Below, one piece after another: positions 1 through 14,185 of a stretch of 64,000 nt of DNA. The DNA is from Octopus bimaculoides (Eukaryota), in the NCBI RefSeq assembly GCF_001194135.2, contig NC_068986.1:115038485-115102484 (forward strand), written 5' to 3'. Position 1 is the stretch's first letter; every line of letters starts with the position of its first letter. The notes beneath the pieces were generated by a model that saw only the letters and a list, made by a program, of their open reading frames with translations, was not told the DNA's origin and did no database searches. The position numbers and the translations under genes are program-made.

Positions 1-1256
1 TGCAGCAGATGGTGATTATCCTGCTACATTTCTTTATGCTGCTTGATGACTAACACTAGGGACTGGTTCCAGCTCCACTTAGCCACACTTTTAGATTCTC
101 ACCCTCGTTAGGAAGGGCATCCAGCTGTAGAAACTCTGCCAGGTCAGATTGGAGTCTGGTGTAGCCAGTCCCCAGTCAAATCATCCAACCCATGCTAGCA
201 TGGAAAGCGGATGTTAAACGATGATGATGATGATGAAGCCTGATGGAGCTGCTACTCACCCATCTTCATATTCATAATAGCTAATTGTGACTGTTTATTG
301 CTCACTTCAATAGCTGATGCCTCTGTTTGGTATATTAAGGGTACTTACTGCTCCAATCATTCTAACCCCTTCTTCTCATCTTTAGTAAGGGGGAACACAC
401 TGCTGTCATTTTGAGCACATTTTTTCCCTCTCCAAGTCTTGATCTAACCTGACATACAACTACCAAATACTGCAGACTCCTCTTCTCATTGATGACGGTT
501 CATACCCAAGGTCTGTTCTCTGTATCTGAAAGCAAGTGTGCAATCAGAATATGACAGGTTCTTGCACATAGGCCTTTCCACCAAAATACCCCACTAACAA
601 ATGCACTGATACCAGTAATACACTGGTGTTATTTAACCACAGGTCAGCAGTGAATAAGTACATATATTGTTTTTTATAAGAGAAGGATGAAACTTAAGGA
701 AAATTTTGTTGTTTACTTTTGGTGACAACATTGAGGTTTGTGTGACGAACTGGGCTAATTTTATACATAGGCACGAGTGCAGCTGTGTGGTAGGAAGCCT
801 GCTTCCAACCACATCGTTCTGGGTTCAGACTCACTAGATGGCACCTACTGCAAGTGACTTCTGCTATAGCTTCAAGCAGACCAAAGCCTTGTGAGGGAAT
901 TTCATAGATGGACACTGAAGGAAGCTTGTCATGTGTGTGTGCGTGTGTATATCTTTGTGTCTGTGTTTGTCCAACCTGCACTGCTTGACAACTGGTGTTA
1001 CTGTGTTTACATCCCTGTAACTTAGCAGTTCACCAAAAGAGACCGATAGAATAAACACCAGGCTCAAAAAGGAAGAATCAAACACTAGCATTGATTCGAT
1101 CAACTAAAAGTTCTTCAAGGTAGTGCCCCAGCATGGTCGTAGTCTAATGACCGAAACAAGTAAAAAAACAGAAGATAAAAAGCTGCAACCTTGAAATAAA
1201 AGGGGAAAAGAAAAGCGAAAACCATAATTCCATGATGAATAAATGAGATGAAAACG

Positions 1257-1262
1257 TTTATT
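1257..1262 (-). promoter_or_regulatory. Candidate SAE1 polyadenylation signal AATAAA
   Basis: tttatt on + strand, about 80 nt downstream of the SAE1 stop. Usage not verifiable from sequence. Confidence 0.55.
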
Positions 1263-1340
1263 TCTGATGAAATGACAGCAAAGAAAATGGATTTGTGTCA
1301 GAAGGAATGGTTAGGGAAGGAAGGGCGTCTGTGGTTTTCT

Positions 1341-1427
1341 TTAACCAATTTGTTCCACCAGCCCAGTTCCGTTGATTCCATCAAAGAAGAAAAAGTTGTT
1401 ATGAGGTTTGTCTTTCTGTGAGACAGC
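1341..1427 (-). CDS. SAE1: SAE1 exon 9, terminal (AVSQKDKPHNNFFFFDGINGTGLVEQIG*)
   Basis: gtcttttcag| acceptor; TAA at 1343-1341. Confidence 0.95.
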   Translation of the reverse strand, partial: AVSQKDKPHNNFFFFDGINGTGLVEQIG

Positions 1428-4400
1428 CTGAAAAGACAAACAGACAGAATGAGAGTTTAGAAATGAATGATGAAGTTGAATATCTAAAGCAGGGATGGGT
1501 AACATTTCCTCAACTGGGGGCCCTGCATTCTACCATTTCCATGTGGGAGAGGGCCACATGATAAAACACATCATCATCATCATCATTTAACGTCCGCTTT
1601 CCATGCTAGCATGGGTTGGACGATTTGACTGAGGACTGGTGCAACCGGATGGCTACACCAGGCTCCAATCTAATTTGGCAGAGTTTCTACAGCTGGATGC
1701 CCTTCCTAACGCCAACCACTCAGAGAGTGTAGTGGGTGCTTTTACGTGTCACCCGCACGAAAACGGCCACGCTCGAAATGGTGTCTTTTATGTGCCACCC
1801 GCACATATTGATAGATAGATATTTGTATCCTAGACACTGAAAATCAGTTTGTACATATTTACAAATGTAGTTGGATGTGTGTGTCTGTATATATATATAT
1901 ATATATATAAAATACACACACACGTCCATAACACTCATACACGTATATGCGCATAAGGGTAATTTGTAACGTATATACCACGTAAAGGTAATTTGTAAGA
2001 TAACTTTAGAATATCTGTTGGCTGTTCCTTTCCAATTTACTTTAGCAGAAATATTACTTGCCCACTTTACACTCAATGTTTTTGCAATTCTTCTTCATTA
2101 TATTTGTCTTAGTAGGAAATTAGTAACCTAGAAACTCGTCAAGGGCCAGATACAGCCCGCAGGTTGCCCATGCATGATATAAAGTTTGGGAGGTCAAAGG
2201 TGAGGAGTGAACCACTTGATCCCTATGCTACTGAACACTGTGTAGATAGAGATTCATAGGTGTGTAGAGCAAATGTATACACGTGTATATATATTATGGG
2301 TACATAATGGTGTATATGTTGGGTTTATATAAATGTATGGCTGTATATGTGTGAATGTGGGTGTGTATCAGGGACATGCCACCTCGGTAGGCAGTGCCTA
2401 CCTTAAACAAAATGGATCAATAGCAACATTCTCCTTTTACGGCAAAATGTGCAACTAATTAAATAAAATTATGAAAGTTACTCTGATTACTATGCATAAA
2501 ATGCAAATATTTTATTGTTTTGTAGATTATCATCATCATCATCATCATTTAACGCTCGCTTTCTATGCTAGCATGGGTTGGATGATTTGACTGGGGACTG
2601 GCGAAGCGGATGGCTGCACCAGGCTCCAATCTGATCTGGCAAAGTTTCTACAGCTGGATGCCCTTCCTAATGCCAACCACTCCAAGAGTGTAGTGGGTGC
2701 TTTTTACATGCCACCAGCATGGGAGCCAGTCAGGTGGCACTGGCAACAGGCATAATTCATCCCTGCCTTTCAATCTCAGTATTAAAGCTACACATAATAC
2801 TGCTGTAATACACGTGCTGCGTACATTCCTATAACATTTTCTTTATGTGCTACAAAGGCAGAAGTAAATCTGCCTTCAACTCAGTCACGTGCCAGTGTTT
2901 TGCTTATTTTCGTGTGTTTTACTACATAAACGTCACCAACTGCCTACCCTGAGTAATTACTGATGGCACACACACATATATACTCTTTTACGTGTTTCAG
3001 TCATTTGACTGCGGCCATGCTGGAGCACCGCCTTTAGTCGAGCAAATCGATCCCAGGACTTATTCTTTGTAAGCCTAGCACTTATTCTATCGCTCTCCCT
3101 TTTGCTGAACCGCTAAGTTATGGAGATGTAAACACACCAGCATCGGTTGTCAAGCGATGTTGGGGGGACAAACAGACACACATACATATATACGACGAGC
3201 TTCTTTCAGTTTCCGTCTACCAAGTCCACTCGTAAGGCTTTGGTAGGCCCGAGACTATAGTAGAAGACACTTGCTCAAGGTGCCATGCAGTAGGACTGAA
3301 CCTAGAACCAAGTGGTTCGTAAGCAAGCTACTTACCACACAGCCACTGCTACGCCTATATATATTATATTTATAGATAAATTCTTCTATTTTACATAATA
3401 TCAAGGCCTCATTCATTCTTTTGTTGTCATATTATTACTATCAATAATATATATATTTATGTATATAAGGTCCAGAGATCGAGGTGTAGGAAGAAAGTTA
3501 GCTTAAATCAATCCGTAATAAACATAAAAAAACAACTTCCAGGGACAATGTTGTGGTTTATTGAGATAGAAGGTTGTGGATTTTTTCGTATTGAAGTATG
3601 ATAAACTGAAAAAAAGATTCTGATTGTATCTTCCATGCATTAATATCTACCTCCTTGCAACAATGTAAACTTTCATTTAATTAAGATCCCTTTGACCTGA
3701 AGAGTAGCCTGCGGTATATACACCTCACTTGGGTATTTAACACTCCTGAGGTTCTGTTCGCTATGAAGCATATGTAGCCTGGAGTTTATCAACTCCATTC
3801 CGTAACTCTTGTGCCGGTGGCATGTAAAAAATCACCCACTAAACTCTTGGAGTGGTTGGAATTAGGAAGGTCATCCAGCCATAGAAACCTTGCTAAATCA
3901 AATTGGAGCCTGGTGCAGCTCCCCAGCTTACCAATTTCCAGTCAAACTGTCTAACCCATGCTAGAATTGGAAAACGGACATTAAATGATGATGATGATGA
4001 TGATAATATATGGGGGAGGAGAAAGAGAGGGGGTCACTCAAGCTGCAAATCTCCGAAACCGGAGCTAACAAGCGGTAAGGTGAATATGTAAGTGATTTGG
4101 CAGAGAACATACTTTGTGGTATTTAATTCCAGTCCTTGTGTTTTAGGTTCAAATCCTGCCAAGGCAAACATTGCCTTTCACCATCTCCTTTCATTGATCA
4201 GTAAAGACAAAAAGAAAAACCAGAGACGAATAAAGAATGTTGAAACACTTACCTTAATGATTTCTTGACTGAGGACTCCCCCCACAATGGCAGAAACAGG
4301 ACAGAGTTCAGCAAAACAATGGCTAAAAGACAGAGAGAGAGAGAGAGAGAGAAGAAAGAGTGACTTCAGGCTGATATATATATATATATATTGTGGATGG

Positions 4401-7400
4401 CATCAGGTGTAAAGCCTTTAATCACTCCAATATAACGAAGCTTGATTATGATTGAATGAATGGGAGATCTTTTAGGTCATTCACAAGATCAACTAAATAA
4501 CTAAGGTCAGTCACATGACCAGTTTATGGAATAGCCGTACAATTACTGAAAGACAGAAGTTTAATCAACTGATCAAAATAATGTCAATCTAATCACTTAA
4601 AAGACTGTAATGTCGGCTGTGTAGTAAGTAGCTCGCTTACCAACCACATGGTTCCGGGTTCAGTCCCACTGCGTGGCATCTTGGGCAAGTGTCTTCTACT
4701 ATAGCCTCAGGCCAACCNNNNNNNNNNTGGCATCTTGGGCAAGTGTCTTCTACTATAGCCTCAGGCCAACCAAAGCCTTGTGAGTGGATTTGGTAGACGG
4801 AAACTGAAAGAAGCCTATCATATATATGTATGTGTGTGTTTGTTTGTGTGTCTGTGTTTGCCCCCCCACCCCAACATCGCTTGACAACCAATGCTGGTGT
4901 GTTTACGTCCCCGTAACTTAGCGGTTCGGCAAAAGAGACCGATAAAATAAGTACTAGGCTTACAAAGAATAAGTCCTGGGGTTGATTTGCTCGACTAAAG
5001 GCGGTGCTCCAGCATGGCCACAGTCAAATGACTGAAACAAGTAAAAGAGTATTAGAATATATTTGAGAGTCTCTTGTTAGTATATTGAGTGGCTGCACCC
5101 TAAATACATCCATAAAGATTGACTAATTAATGAAAAGCGGTCGTTAGTGATGAAGTCCTACTCCCCAAATTTTAGTAGTTGGTCCATGCAGAAATTTTCT
5201 GCAGTGTAATTTTATTTTACCTGTGATAAAAATACACGTACAACAGATGGAGAATAAAGCCATAATTATTGATTACTACATTATTCAAGTTAATAAACCT
5301 TTTGTGATGTGTAAATAGATTTCTTTCATGCCTTGGTAGCAAAACGTGTGTGTGTGTGTGTGTGCATAGCTTAGAGGCTTAGAGGGAACAGTGCTTCTAA
5401 CGTCATTGCAACGACAACAGCAAAACAAGTGAGTGTGCTTGCACATGTGGACAGCTTAGAGGCTTAGCCAACACAATGCCTACAACCATCACCACTAATA
5501 CTACTACCACTACTATTAACAGGGATGAAGACAGACAAATATCTAAGGCAACATACTCCCTACAGGCACTGGGCAAACATTTAACAGCAGGAAACTGGAT
5601 CTAACCTGCCCCCAACTGTTCTACTCCACTTACAAACACTACCGCACTGCACCACCTTCCTGAATAAGCTCACTTGGCCACACTCCTGTATTGCACAATT
5701 CCACATACAATGGCCGCACTATCGTAGTGTGTTAAATGTGACCAGAATGGAGAAATATGGTCATGTCCAGTGTTGGTGGTAAGTTCACAGCTGTATCTTA
5801 CACCAGTTTCGCATAACCAGCCCCAGCCCATTCAAAAGTACCTTGGATCATAGGGCGACCAGCTGTGCTTGAGGAGACCTATTGAGTCAAGTACATCAAC
5901 ATCAAAATGAAAATCAAATGGAAATTGTAGTTGTGATCCCGGTGGCACATAAAAAGCACCATCTGAACGTGGCTGATGTCAGTGCCGCTTTGACTGGCTT
6001 CCGTGCTGGTGACACATAAAAAGCACCAACCAATGGTCATTGCCAGCCTCCTCTGGCCCCTGTGCCAGTGGCATGTAAAAATCACCCACTACACTCTTAG
6101 AGTGGTTGGCGTTAGCAAGGGCATCCAGCTGTAGAAACACTGCTAGATCATATTGGGGCCTGGTTCAGCCTCCTGGCTTCCCAGACCCCAGTCGAACCGT
6201 CCAACCCATGCTAGCATGGAAAATGGATGTTAAACGATGATGATGATGATGACCTGTTGAGAGTAAATGTTAGTGAAATCTGTCCCACATCACCGAGGTA
6301 ATAGGGGGCTGCCTAACATAGAAATAGTAGAAGGCTGCTTAACATAACAGAGTTGTATAAAGGATGGCTAACAGAACAGAAATGCTGAGGACTGTCCAAC
6401 TCAGGGTAGCTAGGGGCTGACCAGCATATCAGTGAGAGGACTCAGGGTTGGCCACAACAATTACCTGACAAAATAGTCTGTGAGAACTTCTTGCTTTACT
6501 GACAAACTCTCCAATACTTCAGTCCGTAGCTTCATTAACTCCTCCATATCTGAAGTTTTCGATTTAACTGATGGATGTCGACCATGTCTCTCCAGGAATT
6601 TCAGCATCACTGAAAGTAGTAATAATAATAATAATAATCATCTGGGATATGCCAATACACACAGATAAAGAAATTAAGGCTAATAGGCCAGATTTAGTTG
6701 TCAGAGATCACCAAGAAAAAAAAAAAAAATGCTTTTTAATCGATGTATCAATACCAACAGATGACAATGTTTCTCTAAAAGAAACAGAGAAACCTTCAAA
6801 ATACAAAGACCTGGAAATAGAAGTAACTCGAATGTGGAATCTAAAAACAGAAACAATTCCTATCATAGTAGACGCATTGGGTGTGATAAAAGAATATTCA
6901 GACAAATATGTAACAAAAACACCAGGACTTACAAGTATATACAACAAACAGAAAATAGCACTACTAAGCACTGCACACATTCTACACGGCCACAAATGCT
7001 TTTAGCAGGGACAGGCGGAGTAGACGGACCCTGAGAGGACTAAAGAAAAAATTTGCTTCAGTATCATTTGAACTCAAGATGCAAAGTGTGTATGTAATCC
7101 ATTTTCCTCCTCTAACAATTCTCATAATCAGAATAGCAATCAGTTTTAAGCTGGGCACACCATCATCATTTAGCGTGCACCTCCCATCCTGGTATGGGTG
7201 GGACAGTTTGACAGGAGTTGGCCAGGCAGAAGCCTGCACCAGGTTTTAATGTGTGTTTTGGCAGGATTTTTACAGCTAAGCCAGAAATTTGGGGAGAGAA
7301 ATAAACTGATTACACTGACCCCAATACTTGATTGTTGTTCATTTTATCAACCCCAGAATGATGAAAGGCGAAAACGACCTCGGTAGAAATTGAACTCAGA

Positions 7401-9219
7401 ATTAATAAGAGGCATAAACAATGAAAACATAGGCTGTGTTGAAGCCAACATGAGTGTCATTATATGGTTGACCATCGTGAGAGAAATAGCAGTTAAATAC
7501 CTGGGATATGTAATTCTAGCCAATGCATGCCTGAAACTAAGATTTGATGGTCAAGAATGAAATACATTTGATCACAGGTTTGTTGGGTTATCGTCGTTAA
7601 TCTGCAGCTGAATAATGACACTAAGAGGATAGGTAAGTTTCTAGCCATGAAATATAACAAATATTACCTTGCATGATAAAATAAACCTTGGCAGTCCTCT
7701 TCAGACGCTTCTGGTTCTCTTCAGTGCTCCAGTCAAATTTTAGTGCAGACTCAAATCGGACAAACTCACTCGACTGCAACAGAAAACCATCAACGGGTGT
7801 TAAGGTAGGGGAAAGAGTTTGTGACGAAGCAAAACACCTTCGCAACCATAAACTTCTCAACTGTGAAAGCATCGGATCTCACAGGGCCAACTGGTAAGAA
7901 GAGGGGCTCAAATTAGGGTGAAGAGTCTATCGATTTCTTTATTGCCCACAGGGGGCTAAACATAGAGGGGACAAACAAGGACAGTCAAAGGGATTAAGTC
8001 GATTACATCGACCCCAGTGCGTAACTGGTACTTATTTAATCAACCCCCAAAAGGATGAAAGGCAAAGCCGACCTCGGTGGAATTTGATCTCAGAATGTAA
8101 CGGCAGATGAAATACCACTAAGCATCAACATTAGTCATCAGTCATCCATCAATCGTCATCATTATTCTTAAATCTGTATTTCTGTGCTTGCAGGGGTCAG
8201 ACAAAACTTCACTGAGGCAGAATTAGAATTTATATGGTCAAAGGCCTTTCTTGATGTTAACCTTGATCATGCAACAACGACCAGACTGGAGCTGCAGATA
8301 AGTAAAACAGTCTGTATGAATGGTGAGGCTTTTATTTGGTCGGTGCAGCCACAGAAAATGGTGAAACCACATAAGGTAATGCCATCCACCAGTGCTGCTG
8401 ATTATTTTCTCAGGTGATATAGTCAGCATGTAACGAGCATGTATCGGCAACACAAGATCTCTCTCTGGATGTTATTAGCAGTTTAAAGGTGATCTTTAAA
8501 CTGCTAATTTATTCAACATCATTTTAACATCCACTTTCCCACGAAGAAGACCCAACAAGCTGAGCAACATTGCAGTCATGGCAGATACTGGTGTCATGCA
8601 TATGGCACATGTGCCGGTGGCAAATAAAAGCATCCATTACACTCTCAGAGTGGTTGGCATTAGGAAGGGCATCTAGCTGTAGAAACCATGCCAGATCAGA
8701 TTGGAGTCTGGTGCAGCCTTCCAGCTTACCAGCCCTGGTCAAACTGTCCAACCTGTGCCAGCATGGACAACGGATGATGATCCCGAAAGGATGAAAGGTA
8801 AAGCTAAACCCCGAAATGTAAAGACAGGTGAAATGCTGTTTGGCACATTCTCTGGTATATGACCGATTCTTGCAGTAACAAGAGTCAAGTAATTATCAAA
8901 GCTAAGTACACCATATCTAAGATGCTCATTGAGACGGAACCAGAATTATTTCAAGACAAATTTGGCGTTAGGAAGGGCATCCAGCTGTAGAAACTCTGCC
9001 AAATTAGACTGGAGCCTGGTGTTGCCATCCGGTTTCACCAGTCCTCAGTCAAATCGTCCAACCCATGCTAGCATGGAAAGCGGACGTTAAACGATGATGA
9101 TGATGATGATGATGAAATCATTGTAATTGACTGGATGGGAGCAAAGTTGTAAAAGGGAAACAAAAAAACAAGTTAAGTGAGTTTCAAATAAAAATGATCT
9201 ATTTTGCCTCCATCCATAC

Positions 9220-9261
<42 letters not shown>

Positions 9262-12200
9262 GGTGACGAGCTGGCAGAATCGTTAGCACGCAGGACAAAA
9301 TACTTAGCGGTATTTCGCCCGTTGCTATGTTCTGAGTTCAAATTCTGCTGAGCTCGGCATTACCTTTCATCCTTTTGGGGTCGATAGATTAAGTACCAGT
9401 TAAGTACTGGGGATTGATGTAATCAACTCATCTTCTCCCACAAAATTGCTACCCTTGTGGCAAAATTTGAAACCATTATTATTATTATTGCATGTGTGTG
9501 TCTGATAGTACACACAAGACAGAGAGGGAGAGTGTTAAATGGAGGTCATGTGATTGATTTCTACATCACACCTCTTTTCTTGCATTTATAGAGAAGAGAG
9601 GAGATACATTAATGTAGGGGCAGTAGGGGGTGGAGAGACGTTTATGTAGAGGCGGTGGGAGGAAGGACATTAGCATAAAGCTGATAGAGGTGGTGGGAGA
9701 AGAGACATTTATGTAGCAGTGGTAGGAGGAGTGACACAAACGTAGAGGTGGTGGGAGGAGATATGTGGTGGTGGAGGAGGGAAAGACATTAACATGGTGG
9801 TGATAAGAGGAGTGACATCAAAGTGTGGGTGGTGGAGGGAGATAGACATTAACATAGAACTGGTGGGAGGAGAGATTTATGTAGCAGTGGTAAGAGGAGA
9901 TGTGTTAATGTGGTGGTGGAGGGAGATACATTAACATATAGCTGGTGGGAGGGGAGAGAATTACGCAGAGGTGGTAAGAGAGATGTTAACATAGTGGCAG
10001 TGGAGGGAGGGAGGGACATTAATGTAGATGTGGTGGGAAGCAAAACAATTAGCATAGAGGTGGTAGTGATGGTGGGAGGAGACATTAATCAGATGACAAA
10101 TAGGCGGGGGGGGGGTCACAGTGAGAGTGACAGAAGAAACAAGACAGAATCACCTACATTTTTGACAACAACAGTTTCCATGGCGATCTTAGCCCTCTTC
10201 TCTTTGGGTTCACCATTCTCACTTTCTTCTGTTTCCTTGGGTTTCGGTTTGGGAATTTCTCTGAAAGACACAAGCGCAGCAGAGCGTGTACACAAAGATG
10301 CAACAGCAACATGATGCAGTAATGTTCAAGTGACCATCCCCACAGAGTAAAGACGGACTGGAGTGGAACCACTCAGTCAAAGTGGCAGCTTGTATGGGAT
10401 GGGTTGTAGTAGTTTAACCCCAGCTCAGCTCTTATCAAGCACAATTATGATTAAAGTATTCCAACCATGACTATCCTGTATTAGTTTCAGACAATATAGC
10501 CAGAACTACATTATCCAAAGTGTCCTTCCTAATTTTGAAGATGGTATGGTCAGGTTTAACAGAAATTGACTGCTGTTTCTAATACTTTGATTGACCATTT
10601 GGAGGCTCTCTTGCTGGGATGTGTTGTGTAGTGTGATGATGATGGTATGCCCTGTGGTAGTGTTAATGTATTACAGTGGTTCCCAACCTGGGGTCTGCAA
10701 AGGTGGTATTGGGGGTCAGTGAATTGAATTCAAAATTTTTGATACACACACACACACACACACAAAGATAAGTATATTAAAAGGGGTCCGTAGGAAAACT
10801 CATTTAAATAAAAGGGTAGGGAATCACAGGTGTAGTATGATTATCAAACCATGTATCTCAACAGAAATATGGTAACGAAAAGGTTAAAATATATAATAGA
10901 CAAACAATTCTTAACCCTTTCGATACCAACCTGGCTGAAACTGGCTCTGGCTCAGTAATACAAATGTCTTGTTTTCATAAGTTCTGAATTAAAATCTTCT
11001 GCCAAACCTTAATCACAATTTATGCTCCTAATACTAGTTTAATGATAACTAAGTTATTTTACTAAATTCTTTGTTATATTTAAAGTAATTGAAAGAAACA
11101 CAGAGCATCTCAATAGAAATATGGTAACAAAAGGGTTAATTAATCACGATTGACATAAAGACTCCCTCTCCTTATACACACAAAGAGAAATATGCCCACG
11201 TACATAAAGAGGGAGATCACGCGGGAGAGAACGAGAGGAAAGTTAAAATGTCTGATGTTGAATAAGTCTGTATTGAATCAGTAGCGCCGAAGAGGTAGCA
11301 CCAAAATAGCTGTGCCAAAATGTCCCAAACCTGAAGTGGAGAATTATGATGATGATGATGATGATGACTAACAACAGGGTACTTACTCAGCAAACTCATG
11401 GCTGCCAAGATCAGAGAACATGAAACCAAAATATCCAAAGGCATCAGTAGCGAAGAACTTGATGTTATGCTCATGGCAGAGTTTGTTGATCCGACAGAGA
11501 GCATTACGGCAAGATGAGGTGATGCAGATCACATTGAACTGCTGGAAGAAGGTGTCAGGTTTGTCATCAACATTTGATGTATCAACTGTGATCTTAACAA
11601 GAGGATTCAGCTTCTGAGTGGCTTCCTGCGATGCTTCAGCACGCTGCAACAAATGGAAGAGAAATAAAATATATACAGTTGTGCTGGTGGCACGTAAAAA
11701 GCACCATCTGAACATGGTCAATGCCAGTGCTGCTTGACCAGCTCCCGTACTGGTGGCATGTAAAAAGCACCATATGGGTGTGGTCGATGCCAGTGCTGCT
11801 TGACTGGTCTCATGCTGGTGGCACATAAAAGGCACCATCCAAGCAGAGTCAATGCCAGTGGTGCCTGACTGGTCCTGTGCTGGCGGCATGTAAAAAGCAC
11901 CCATTACACTCTCTGAGTGTTTGGCATTAGGAAGGGCATCCAGCTGTAGAAACCTTGCCCGATCAGATTGGAGCCTGGTGCAGCCTCCTGGCTTGCCAGT
12001 CCCCAGTCCAACCATCCAACCCATGCCAGCATGTAAAACGGATGTTAAACGATGATGATGATGATGACAGTCAAAAACTGGTGTATATAGCAAGGCATGT
12101 GTATACACACACCTATCATCATCATCATCATTCAGCCTGTTTTCTATCCTGGCAAGAGCTGGCCAGTTTGACAGGAGATGCTGAGCCAGAGAAGTGCATT

Positions 12201-14136
12201 AAACTCTAACATACGCTTTAGTAGGGTCTCTACAGCTAGATGCCTTTCCTAATGCCAACCCCTTTACTGAGTGTACTGGGTGCTGTTTTATGGCGTTGGC
12301 ACTAGTCAAGTTAACAAGTAACTCATAAGACAAGATCCCCTCGAATGAGTGGGGGCTAGCTTTGTGCCATATACACATATATACTTATATTCTCCATCAT
12401 CCCCAGTTACATATGTCCACAATGCCCATGCTAGCATGGATTGGATTGCCCTTCATGATGCCAATGAAATTAGCAGACCCTGTGTGTGTGCATATCTATG
12501 TAAATATATATAAATGCATATATATATATATTTCATCATCGTCGTTTAACGGCTGCTTTCTATGCTGGAAGGCTGCACCAGGCTCCAATCCGATCTGGCA
12601 AAGTTTCTACAGCTGGATACGCCAACCACTCCAGGAGTGTAGTGGGTGCTTTTTACAGGTCACTGGCACGAGGGCCAGTCAGGTGGGACTGGTATCGACC
12701 GCACTTGAATGGTGCTTTTTACATGCCACCGGCATGGGACCAGTCAGTCGGCACTGTGTGTGTGTAGTACTGAAAAACAACCTTAAGATGCTGAACCTTT
12801 TAGGCGAGATGACTGGCACCCTGCTGTACTCAAGAAGACCTGTATTCCACAGCAGAAATTTTAAGGCTGGTCCCTCTGGTGGTGAAGAGCACTCATGTGT
12901 CATGTAAAAGCACCCAGTCCACTCTGAAGTGGTTGGCATTAGGAAGGGCATCCAGCCAGAGAAACCATGCCAAATCATACTGGAGTCTAGTGCAGCTCTC
13001 CAGCTTGCTAGCTATGATCAAACTGTACAACAATGCCAGCATGGACAATGGACATTAAATGATGAAGATATATATATACACACACCTATTTATATACATA
13101 CACACATCTTTCTCCTCCTCTCTCTCTATACACATACACACACAGTCTCCATTGGTCAACTTGAGGTGACAGTAAAGGACACTCCCACAAAGTGTTGCTC
13201 GATTGGGTCAGACAAGGAACTATGAGGTTGCAGAGTGGACACTGCAAGCACATAGCCATGTCTATATTCATTTCCACAATACAGAAATTCATTAGAATAA
13301 TAATAATAAGAAGAAGACTGAGAGAGAAAATGTGGAGGCTGCAATGTGCAATACTTACATTACGTCCAACATCATCTCTAGATACCAAGAATTGGTTGCA
13401 GCGGTCTTCTTCAGTCACCTGTAAGGTAGACAATGGCAAGAGAAAGATTCATTACAATGAAGAAAAAAAGAAGAAAAAAAACCAATAAACCAGTAAATTC
13501 ATCTTTGCAGTATGTTTATTAATATGTACTTGTCATTAATGCCATCTTTACAAAGTATGTATTTATACTCAAGGTTCAATAAATAATATTGCTAAAATAC
13601 CAAACCTGCCACATGTATTTATGTAAAACCCATCAAATTCCTCACAATCGTCACTATCTGTTTCTAAAAGTTTCTCATACATATCACAAGATTCATCACA
13701 TATGCCATCATTGTAAGGACTCCAGTCAGATTCTGGTGAATTGACTTTGACTTTGTAGTTGCTGTTGTACAGAATATCGTCTTCGGTACCATCCATGGTA
13801 TTAGCAATACTATACTTTTTAAATGATTTTATCACATTTTCTACTTCAACTTTGTCACACGCCTTTATAACAAAATCACAAAGAACATCACATGCATAGC
13901 TCCACCATTTGTAAAAGATTTTTCTCCATTCATTCCATTGCTCTCTTACATTAACTCTGAATGGTTTGTTTAAACTGACAGCCTGTGTCATGCTGAATCT
14001 CCCCCGAGAACTATGTTAAGGGTACATGTGTCTGTGGAGTTCTCAGCCACTTGCATGTTAATTTCACGAGCAAGCTGTTCCGTTGATCGGATCAACTGGA
14101 ACCCTCATCATTGTAACTGATGGAGTGCCACGATAT

Positions 14137-14185
<49 letters not shown>

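Noticed and set aside
349-525. Exon-like segment with good acceptor and donor on the minus strand downstream of SAE1
   Set aside because: Stops in all three frames and it lies beyond the likely SAE1 poly(A) signal; no support without RNA data.
4690-4780. Tandem duplicate of a SINE B segment across a 10-N gap
   Set aside because: Identical sequence on both sides of a small gap indicates an unmerged contig overlap.
11681-11900. Conserved ~27-bp repeat with more variable intervening sequence, superficially CRISPR-like
   Set aside because: The intervening halves are themselves homologous (a 65-bp tandem unit), the block is part of a eukaryotic LINE 3'UTR found many times in the window, and there are no cas genes.
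11644-12108. N-terminal 155 aa of the 241-aa ORF 11383..12108
   Set aside because: Intronic LINE-tail sequence upstream of a canonical acceptor; only 11643-11387 is exon.
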